Assembly: GCF_000012925.1 (NCBI RefSeq)
Contig: NC_007517.1
Coordinates: 900,001-932,000 of the forward strand
Reading direction: 5' to 3'
DNA length: 32,000 bases
Source of the DNA: Geobacter metallireducens GS-15
GTDB taxonomy: Bacteria > Desulfobacterota > Desulfuromonadia > Geobacterales > Geobacteraceae
Shown: one piece after another, positions 8,533-15,282 of the stretch
Layout of the letters: each line of letters begins with the position of its first letter
Numbering within the stretch: position 1 is the stretch's first letter
Made by a program: the position numbers and the translations under genes
The notes under the pieces: model-generated
Database searches by the model: none
Seen by the model: the letters and a program-made list of their open reading frames with translations, nothing else
Told to the model about the DNA's origin: nothing

Positions 8533-9432
8533 GTGACACCGGGGATGGGAGAAGCAAACGTGGCGCAGGTGTTCATCGTCGGGTGCGGCGATATCGGAAA
8601 ACGGGTGGCACGGCTTGCCATGGATAAGGGAGTTGCGGTGACAGCCCTTGTCCGTTCGGAGGAAAGCGCCGCCAAACTGCATGAACTTGGCATCGAAACG
8701 GTGGAAGGGCACCTTGACGACCCCGAATCCCTTGCGGGCCTCCCCCTCCGGGGGGCGACCGTGTTCTACTTTGCCCCTCCGCCGGGTGGAGGGATAACCG
8801 AGCCGAGGGTTCGGGCCTTCTGCGCAGCCGTCAGGCCGGGCGACGAGCCGGCACAGGTGGTTTACCTCAGCACCAGCGGCGTCTATGGCGACTGCGGCGA
8901 CATGATCGTGACCGAAGATACGCCTGCCAATCCCCAGACGGCACGGGCCAAGCGCCGCTACGACGCCGAAACGGTCTTTCGCGCCTGGGGCAAGGAGCGA
9001 GGCGTTCCGATCGTCGTGCTTCGGGTCACGGGCATCTACGGTCCGGGGCGGCTTCCGCTCCAGCAGCTGACGAGCGGCCAGCCGGTTCTCTTCGAGAGTG
9101 AGGCCTCCTATACCAATCGGATCCATTCCGAGGACCTGGCCCGGGTCTGCATGGCTGCTGCCGAGAAGGGCGAGGACGGCGACATATTCAATGTGAGTGA
9201 CGGCAACCCGGGCACCATGACCGAGTACTTCAACGCCTGCGCCGATGCCCTCGGTTTTCCGCGCCCCCGGCAGGTGACCATGGAGGAGGCGAAGAAAGTC
9301 ATGACACCCCTCATGCTTTCCTATGTTACGGAGTCGCGGCGGATGGACAACGCGAAAATGGTGGGTAAACTAGAGGTTAAACTTCTGTACCCGACCCTCC
9401 AGGATGGTCTGAAGGCAAGCGTTGCCAAATAG
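8533..9432 (+). CDS. NAD-dependent epimerase/dehydratase family (extended SDR) protein
   Basis: N-terminal Rossmann motif VFIVGCGDIGKRV and overall SDR-e layout. The start is GTG 8533 or ATG 8545. Confidence 0.85.
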   Translation: MTPGMGEANVAQVFIVGCGDIGKRVARLAMDKGVAVTALVRSEESAAKLHELGIETVEGHLDDPESLAGLPLRGATVFYFAPPPGGGITEPRVRAFCAAVRPGDEPAQVVYLSTSGVYGDCGDMIVTEDTPANPQTARAKRRYDAETVFRAWGKERGVPIVVLRVTGIYGPGRLPLQQLTSGQPVLFESEASYTNRIHSEDLARVCMAAAEKGEDGDIFNVSDGNPGTMTEYFNACADALGFPRPRQVTMEEAKKVMTPLMLSYVTESRRMDNAKMVGKLEVKLLYPTLQDGLKASVAK

Positions 9433-9456
9433 TCGGGGAGTGCGGCAGCAAAGGGG

Positions 9457-9780
9457 TTATTGCAGATAGCGTTCCGATGACATCACCTTGGAGATGAGGA
9501 GTAACTGCCTGAGGTGGGGCGAACTGTTGCCCCTGCGGATAACCTCCCGAACCGACAGCAGATCATTGATCAGGGTTTTTCCCTTTCTGACAAGTCGACG
9601 CGCCCTGTGGTTCCGCCGGGCGTAGGGAGCAAGGAGATCCAAGGCCTCGGCGATTTTCAGGCCGGCGATGACCTGATCCTTGAAGCTCTTGAACTGTCCC
9701 GTTTCCAGATGGTTGCGGAGAGCTTCTATCTCGCTTTCAAAATAGCCGAGAATGCGGGTATGGAGGGTGTCGATCGCCAT
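9457..9780 (-). CDS. Hypothetical helical protein (107 aa from ATG 9780)
   Basis: Coding-like GC3 begins at ATG 9780 (MAIDTLHTRILGYFESEIEALRNH...). The track extension up to 9864 uses rare AT-ending codons (CGA AGA GTA TAT CAA CTA). No SD was found for any candidate start. Confidence 0.45.
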   Translation of the reverse strand: MAIDTLHTRILGYFESEIEALRNHLETGQFKSFKDQVIAGLKIAEALDLLAPYARRNHRARRLVRKGKTLINDLLSVREVIRRGNSSPHLRQLLLISKVMSSERYLQ

Positions 9781-9949
9781 AGTGTATACCATCGCAGGAT
9801 ATGGGCTGAAATCGCAAAACATGGAGCAAATGCGTAGTTGATATACTCTTCGGCAGTCCGTCATTTTTCTTTAGGGCATAAAAGAGGATAGCGTGTTGAT
9901 ACTGCGTCGTTTTCTCCGGTTTGCCACGGGGGGAATTCCCGGTTTTCGG

Positions 9950-9979
9950 TTGACATGACGGCTAGTTAAGGGGTATTAA
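9950..9979 (+). promoter_or_regulatory. Candidate sigma70 promoter of the cytochrome/porin cluster
   Basis: TTGACA (9950-9955), 18-nt spacer, TATTAA (9974-9979), about 80 nt upstream of ATG 10059. Confidence 0.45.
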
Positions 9980-10058
9980 TACGCGCTAATTCACAGTGTT
10001 TGGTATGCTGAAAAGGTGCAAGAGGGGTTCTTGATCTCTCGGAAAGGGACTGTATCCG

Positions 10059-10976
10059 ATGAAACAGGGAGTGAACAGGTTCGGTAGATTGCTGGTAAGT
10101 GTGGCGTTGTTGGGGTGGGCCACGGCCAGTGCCGGTTTCGCATTTGCCGCCGAGCAGACCTCCGGCGCGACTGAGATGGGAAAACGGTCGTCGTCGCCGG
10201 TGGCAACGGTCCAGATCCAGAAGCAGCCCGAGCTTTACGCCGTCGAGCCCCCTCCACTCACCGTTACCCAGTGCGGCCAATGCCACCCCGGCGTGTTTCA
10301 GGACATCAAGAAGGACGGCGGGCGCCACGCCTTCACCTGTCAGAACTGCCACAAGAGCTTCCACAGCTATAGTCCCCGGAAGAACAACTGGGACCAGATC
10401 ATGCCCAAATGTTCCGATTGCCACTCGCCGGCAACGGTGGCCCATGCGCAGGTCTTCACCCAGTGTGCCGAGTGCCATTCAAATCCCCACTCGATAAAGG
10501 TCATGCCCATGAGCCAGAAACTTCTGGCCTCCTGTGCCACCTGCCATGCCGGACCGCCGGCGGACCTGAAGCAGTTCCCGAGCAAGCATACCAAGCTTTC
10601 CTGCGCCGACTGCCACACCCGTCACGGCCTCATACCATCTTGCAACATGTGCCACAAGCCCCACTACGAGGGGCAGGATTTCAAGACCTGCGCGAGCGAA
10701 TGCCATCCGGTTCACAAGCCGAAGGAAATTTCCTACAAGAAGGACGTTGGAACCCGTACCTGCGGAGCCTGCCACGAGGGTGTCTATGCCACCTGGACCA
10801 AGACTCCGAGCCGCCACGGCAAGGTCAGCTGCGCCCTCTGCCACACCAAGCACGGCTTCATCCCGCAGTGCACCGACTGCCACGGACTGCCCCACAGCAA
10901 GCAGCTCCACGAGCGGTTCCCGAAGTGCCTCACCTGCCACCAGGATGCGCACAACCCGCCGGTGCGCCAGCGCTGA
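10059..10976 (+). CDS. extA: Periplasmic dodecaheme c-type cytochrome (ExtA-like)
   Basis: Signal peptide MKQGVNRFGRLLVSVALLGWATASAGFAFA/AEQ has no lipobox. There are 11 CXXCH sites plus one CX3CH site (CASECH), so 12 heme sites in 305 aa. The gene symbol is assigned by analogy only. Confidence 0.9.
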   Translation: MKQGVNRFGRLLVSVALLGWATASAGFAFAAEQTSGATEMGKRSSSPVATVQIQKQPELYAVEPPPLTVTQCGQCHPGVFQDIKKDGGRHAFTCQNCHKSFHSYSPRKNNWDQIMPKCSDCHSPATVAHAQVFTQCAECHSNPHSIKVMPMSQKLLASCATCHAGPPADLKQFPSKHTKLSCADCHTRHGLIPSCNMCHKPHYEGQDFKTCASECHPVHKPKEISYKKDVGTRTCGACHEGVYATWTKTPSRHGKVSCALCHTKHGFIPQCTDCHGLPHSKQLHERFPKCLTCHQDAHNPPVRQR

Positions 10977-10986
10977 CAGCAGATGC

Positions 10987-11020
10987 CGAGATCTCCTCTC
11001 CCTTGGGGGAGGAGATCTCG
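10987..11020 (+). other. Strong intercistronic RNA hairpin between the extA-like and extB-like genes
   Basis: CGAGATCTCCTC (10987-10998) and GAGGAGATCTCG (11009-11020) form a perfect 12-bp inverted repeat. It is extendable by CCC/GGG with one bulged T. No immediate U-tract follows. Confidence 0.6.
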
Positions 11021-11063
11021 AACGATTTGCCTTTAATGTCGTGATCTTATTAAGGAGGGATGC

Positions 11064-12347
11064 GTGAAGCTTCACCAAGGCTTTACCCTGGGGGTGACGA
11101 TCCTGGCGGCGCTGCTTGCGGCGTCGGCGCCGGGTTCGGCCGCCGATCTCGGCATCACCTCCGACACCATCGTCCGCCTCTACGAACGGAACGAGAGCGG
11201 GGGGCGGCAACGGTCCCTCCTGCCGGTCTACGAGTTCCTCCGCTTCGACTATACCGTTCCCAAAACGCCGGGGCTCTCGCTCCACGCCTACGGGTGGGGG
11301 CGGGCGAACCTCCGGGACGACTTTGGCAATGCCGACGGCACTACCGACGGTGAACTCCTCTATGCCTATCTGGATTATCTGGATCCGAAGAACCGTGATT
11401 ACCAGGTTCGCCTCGGGCGCCAGTACATCTTCGAGGGGGTGATGAGGGAGAGCATCGACGGCGTCTACGTCAAGACCGACCTGGTGCCGACCGTGACCGC
11501 CTCGGCCTACGCCGGCTTCCCCGTAAATCTGCAGGATGTCAAGGGGATGGGGGGCGACTGGATCTACGGCGCCCGGGTCGCCCAGGGGATTCCCGGCCGC
11601 TACGACGTTGCCTTGGCCTACAAGCACACGGGAAATGACGGCTCTACCGATGAGCAACTCCTAGGGGCCGACGCCACCCTCCTCCTTCCCGCTAACATTA
11701 CCCTGCTCGGCCATACCACCTGGAATCTCGTCACCGGCGGCCTGGGAGAGCAGTCCTACGAGCTGAGGCTTCCCTTCAAGGCCTTCGAGCTTCGCCCCTT
11801 CTACCAGCACTACCGGTACGAGGATTTCCTCAACAGGAAATCGGGTGGTGCCACTCCCTTCCTGTACACATCCCAGTTCGGGGAGCAGGTGGACATCGCG
11901 GGGACCGAGGCCTTCTGGTACCCGGCGGAAAATATCGAGTTCGGCGCCCGCTACAAGCATTACGAGTATGGCAAGCGTTATGGTTCCGCCGACATGTACA
12001 CGGTTCTGGCCGCTGTCCGGCGCAAGATCTTTTCCGAGGCGGGGGTGGAATTCGGCCGGGTGGAGGGTGATATCGCCCAGAACCGGTACTATCTCGGGCG
12101 GGCCTATGTTTACTGGGATGTGGCGCCGGCCTTTGTCACGGCTGACGTGGTCTATGTGAACTACGACGACGGCAATGTCTGGAGCATGTACCGCAAGGAC
12201 AGCGCCTTCTTCGCCTCGGTCGGCGGGGGAAGCAAGTTCCTCGGCAAGGCCCTTACCGTGAAGCTCTCCCTCGACTACAGTCAGGACCCCTACTTCGACA
12301 AGGATTACCGTGGCACGCTGGCCGCCTCCTATGCCTTTGGCAAGTGA
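11064..12347 (+). CDS. extB: Outer-membrane beta-barrel protein (porin component, ExtB-like)
   Basis: GTG start lies 5 nt after SD AAGGAGG. Signal peptide is MKLHQGFTLGVTILAALLAASAPGSA/ADLG. The 427-aa protein has no Cys or heme motif and is rich in Y/G/D, with alternating hydrophobic short strands (e.g. YDVALAYKH, ATLLLPANITLLGHTTWN, LTVKLSLDYS) and an aromatic near the C-terminus (SYAFGK). It sits between cytochrome genes. Confidence 0.8.
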   Translation: MKLHQGFTLGVTILAALLAASAPGSAADLGITSDTIVRLYERNESGGRQRSLLPVYEFLRFDYTVPKTPGLSLHAYGWGRANLRDDFGNADGTTDGELLYAYLDYLDPKNRDYQVRLGRQYIFEGVMRESIDGVYVKTDLVPTVTASAYAGFPVNLQDVKGMGGDWIYGARVAQGIPGRYDVALAYKHTGNDGSTDEQLLGADATLLLPANITLLGHTTWNLVTGGLGEQSYELRLPFKAFELRPFYQHYRYEDFLNRKSGGATPFLYTSQFGEQVDIAGTEAFWYPAENIEFGARYKHYEYGKRYGSADMYTVLAAVRRKIFSEAGVEFGRVEGDIAQNRYYLGRAYVYWDVAPAFVTADVVYVNYDDGNVWSMYRKDSAFFASVGGGSKFLGKALTVKLSLDYSQDPYFDKDYRGTLAASYAFGK

Positions 12348-12371
12348 CGGCCATAGATGGAGCACCTACCC

Positions 12372-12842
12372 ATGAAAAAAGGAATGATTCTAACCCTCTT
12401 GGCGACAGGGCTGATACTCGCGCTCCTGGCGGCGTGCGCCTCGACCCCGGCCTATCGGCTGCCGGCCAAACACCCCAACATCTATGAGCTGGGCGACCGC
12501 CGCGAGTTCTGCACCAAGTGCCACGGCTACAAGAAGACCCCGGTGGATTTCGAACGGTACAACCATACCCCGCTTTTCACCGAGTCCCATCGCCTTGTGG
12601 CCTACCAGGACCAGCGAATCTGCGCCCTCTGCCACGAGCAGAGCTTCTGCAACGACTGTCACGTGACCCACACGGAACTGAAACCGTCGGTCAAGAACCA
12701 GACGGAGAACTACCGGCGGATGCAGCACCGGGGCGAGTACCTCTCCCGCCACCGGATCGACGGTCGTCTCGACCCCACCTCGTGCTACCGTTGCCACGGC
12801 AATCCCCAGTCGTCCCAGACGTGTCGGCCATGCCACGGTTAG
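12372..12842 (+). CDS. extC: Pentaheme c-type cytochrome lipoprotein (ExtC-like)
   Basis: Lipoprotein signal MKKGMILTLLATGLILALLAAC carries lipobox LAAC. The five CXXCH sites are CTKCH, CALCH, CNDCH, CYRCH and CRPCH. ATG 12372 is preferred over 12357 (GGAG lies 9 nt upstream). Confidence 0.88.
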   Translation: MKKGMILTLLATGLILALLAACASTPAYRLPAKHPNIYELGDRREFCTKCHGYKKTPVDFERYNHTPLFTESHRLVAYQDQRICALCHEQSFCNDCHVTHTELKPSVKNQTENYRRMQHRGEYLSRHRIDGRLDPTSCYRCHGNPQSSQTCRPCHG

Positions 12843-12847
12843 AGGGT

Positions 12848-13603
12848 ATGAGTATGCAAGCCAAGCTGAAGCTAACGGCCGGGATTTTCCTCTGTGCCAT
12901 GGTACTGGCGGGATGTGGCGGCGGGCTCAATGCGTCGAACCCGGACGCACCGTCGTCGGTCAACGCCCACGAATGCACGTGGGTCACGACGCACCCCAAG
13001 AAGATCATAGAGATGGTAACCTTTCGGGTAATTTCGTCGGCTACGCAAGCCACCTTCAACGCCACCTACGGCGAAGACGAACTGATCCAGTGCCGCGTCT
13101 GCCACGGAAGCAGCTTTCTCGGGGCCGGCGGGGGGGCTGCGGGGCCGGCGTGCCTCGACTGCCACATAGCAGACCCGGTCAGATATCCTGCTGGATGTTA
13201 TTCATGCCACGGGGGGGTTATTGTCGATTCCCGGTTTCCAGATCAAGTGTCGTCCGGTCCCTATGAGAAATTCTACGCCCGGTACTCAACGACACCGCAG
13301 TTTTCCCAGTACTCGGCGGCGCGCCAGGCTTTCATCGACCGGGTCAAGTCCGGCTCGATCCATAACCGGTTGAGCCCCACCCTTCCCCGGAATCACAATG
13401 CCCTGGGCTACGTCTTTGCCGACGCGAATCCGCAGGATACCTGTGTATATTGCCATAATCAGGAAGCGAACGCCAATATCCATCACTCAGAGGCAATCAC
13501 GAACCGCTTTTCCTGTGGCTTCTGTCATTTCAGATTTATTGGGGGCGAATTACAGTTTGTAATCATACGGGACTGCAAGGTATGTCATGTGCAGCCCATT
13601 TGA
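12848..13603 (+). CDS. extD: Hexaheme c-type cytochrome lipoprotein (ExtD-like)
   Basis: M(SM)QAKLKLTAGIFLCAMVLAGC carries lipobox LAGC. The six CXXCH sites are CRVCH, CLDCH, CYSCH, CVYCH, CGFCH and CKVCH. The start is ATG 12848 or 12854 (SD AGAGGG at 12841-12846). The track ORF start at 12518 is an out-of-gene extension overlapping extC. Confidence 0.85.
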   Translation: MSMQAKLKLTAGIFLCAMVLAGCGGGLNASNPDAPSSVNAHECTWVTTHPKKIIEMVTFRVISSATQATFNATYGEDELIQCRVCHGSSFLGAGGGAAGPACLDCHIADPVRYPAGCYSCHGGVIVDSRFPDQVSSGPYEKFYARYSTTPQFSQYSAARQAFIDRVKSGSIHNRLSPTLPRNHNALGYVFADANPQDTCVYCHNQEANANIHHSEAITNRFSCGFCHFRFIGGELQFVIIRDCKVCHVQPI

Positions 13604-13665
13604 ATGTCGAGGCATAAAATGTGCTTGTCGAAAGGTGGTAATATTCCACCGATGAGGATAGCGCC

Positions 13666-14379
13666 ATGATGGCCGAATCATCACGACCGGAAAAACAGAG
13701 CGGCTTTGAAGGATCGATCGCCGGTCTTCCGCTGACCGACGTCATCCAGCTCAAGGGCCATAACCGCTTTACCGGCGCCATTTCGGTGGAGTACCGGCAG
13801 CGGCAGGGGATGATTTTTTTCCGCGACGGCGAGATCATCCACGCGGAGCAGGAGGGCGTGGTAGGCGAGCAGGCCCTGTACGAGATCCTCCGCTGGCCCG
13901 GCGGGCGCTTTGCCGTTCAGCCGAAGGTGACCACTACGGGGCGATCCATCCAGCAGAGCATCGCGTATCTTCTCCTTGAGGCCCACCGCATTATTGATGA
14001 GGAAAATGCGGGGCTGCGGCCGAAGGGAGAGGGAGCAGGGGCTGCCCAGCGGAGGATGAGCGTTATCGCGGAACGGCTGCTCCAAATCGCCGGAGTTGGG
14101 TATGCGGTGCTTTTCAAGAAGGACGGTTTGCCGGTCGACGACGAAGGCGCCGAGGCCAAGGCCCTTGCCGAAAAAGGGAGTGAGCTGTCGCGCCTCGGCA
14201 ACAGACTTGGCGATCTGCTGGGCCTCGGCGGGGTGAAATCCGCTGCCGTTCAGGCAAAGGGGGAGCAGCAACTCCTCTTTGAGGCGAAAAATCACTACAT
14301 CTCCATTGCGGTGAATAAAGAGACTTCCCTTGCTCAGGTGGAATCGGATATCCGCGCCACCTTCGGGAGCAGGAAATAG
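13666..14379 (+). CDS. PATAN (DUF4388) domain fused to a Roadblock/LC7 (MglB-like) domain
   Basis: SD GAGGA lies 7 nt upstream of ATG 13666. The N-terminal half shows the DUF4388 pattern GSIAGLPLTDVIQLKGHNRFTGAISVEYRQRQGMIFFRDGEIIHAEQEGVVGEQALYEILRWPGGRFAV. The C-terminal half is Roadblock-like (LLQIAGVGYAVLFKKDGLPVDD...QLLFEAKNHYISIAV). Confidence 0.8.
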   Translation: MMAESSRPEKQSGFEGSIAGLPLTDVIQLKGHNRFTGAISVEYRQRQGMIFFRDGEIIHAEQEGVVGEQALYEILRWPGGRFAVQPKVTTTGRSIQQSIAYLLLEAHRIIDEENAGLRPKGEGAGAAQRRMSVIAERLLQIAGVGYAVLFKKDGLPVDDEGAEAKALAEKGSELSRLGNRLGDLLGLGGVKSAAVQAKGEQQLLFEAKNHYISIAVNKETSLAQVESDIRATFGSRK

Positions 14380-14406
14380 CGGGCTGGGACAGGGTACGAG
14401 ATTCGG

Positions 14407-15081
14407 ATGGACGAAGTTCTTCAACAACTCAATGCTGTTCCGGGAGTGATCGGAAGCCTCGTCTGCGGGCGCGATGGCGATCCCATTGCCTGTGCGTTTC
14501 CTCCCCTGTTCGACTCAGCCATTATCGAGGGGGTTACGGCCGCCGTAACAGATTCCGCACGTGGAGTCTTTGACGCAACAGGACCGGCAGAGCTCCTTGA
14601 TTTCCGCTATGGCGACGGAAGGGTTATCATTAAACCCCTGCAGGATGCCTTTGTACTGCTGCTCTGCACCAAAAAGGTCAACCTCGGGGTGCTCGCCATT
14701 TCCCTCAACGTGGCAAAGATAAAGCTGGAATCGCACCTTGTTGCACGGGGAGAGCGGCAGAAACCCGCTGCAGCTGCTCCCGATCTCTTGGAGCTTGCGG
14801 TATGCCATCTCGCTGACGGGACAAAGGGGAGTTCCTTCGAACAGTTCGGCATGGCAGCCCTTACGCCTGCCACTGCCCGGCAGGTTTCTTCCTTCTACAA
14901 GAGGGAGGCCTTCAAGAAGCTGAAGATCACCAACAGGGTGAACGGAATTTTCGATATTTTCCCTGTAATGATCGTTAACGAGAGCGATTCTTCCTACGAC
15001 GGTAAAATTATCCTCTGCAAGTCCATCGAGAAGAAGCTGGAAGCCCTCCAGGGCGATGGCCTCCTCGTCGAAATTCCGTAA
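14407..15081 (+). CDS. Roadblock/LC7 (MglB-like) domain protein with an uncharacterised roughly 100-aa C-terminal domain
   Basis: The N-terminal 110 aa, LQQLNAVPGVIGSLVCGRDGDPIACAF...ELLDFRYGDGRVIIKPLQDAFVLLLCTKKVNLG, match the Roadblock/LC7 pattern. The C-terminal part ends ...DGKIILCKSIEKKLEALQGDGLLVEIP. The gene starts 27 nt after the preceding gene. Confidence 0.8.
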   Translation: MDEVLQQLNAVPGVIGSLVCGRDGDPIACAFPPLFDSAIIEGVTAAVTDSARGVFDATGPAELLDFRYGDGRVIIKPLQDAFVLLLCTKKVNLGVLAISLNVAKIKLESHLVARGERQKPAAAAPDLLELAVCHLADGTKGSSFEQFGMAALTPATARQVSSFYKREAFKKLKITNRVNGIFDIFPVMIVNESDSSYDGKIILCKSIEKKLEALQGDGLLVEIP

Positions 15082-15282
15082 CGCGCGTCCCTGGACGGTT
15101 CTTCTCTCCCGGTTCATCCCTTCCCCGCAGCTTGTTATCCCCACCCTCTCCATCTCCGGAGTTTGCCATGGCGGGAAAATCGGGTAGAGTGTAGTCGGTG
15201 GGTCCTTCCCAAGGTCGCGACCCCTCCTGCGCCTTCCGCAGCCAAAATGTCACCAACTTCACCAACTTCCCAGAGGTCTGTC

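Noticed and set aside
8606-8618. Sigma54-like TGGCAC...TTGC element
   Set aside because: GG and GC are 10 nt apart instead of the 12 required by the TGGCACG-N4-TTGC consensus. The site also lies inside the SDR coding region in the sense orientation.
9986-10058. GEMM-I (c-di-GMP/cGAMP) riboswitch in the 5'UTR of the cytochrome cluster, as known upstream of several Geobacter electron-transfer genes
   Set aside because: The predicted leader is only about 70 nt. It lacks the conserved paired P1a/P1b stems with GCAAA/GGCAAACC-type tetraloop-receptor sequences that I associate with GEMM-I.
12518-12847. 5' extension of the extD-like ORF (track start 12518) overlapping the extC-like gene
   Set aside because: The extension is Pro/Arg-rich out-of-frame read-through of extC. 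A proper lipoprotein signal peptide with SD begins at 12848/12854, immediately after the extC stop.
15084-15097. Terminator after the second Roadblock gene (CGTCC-CT-GGACG followed by a T-rich stretch)
   Set aside because: The stem is at most 4-5 bp with a sterically impossible 2-nt loop (or 4 bp with a 4-nt loop). That is too weak to call.
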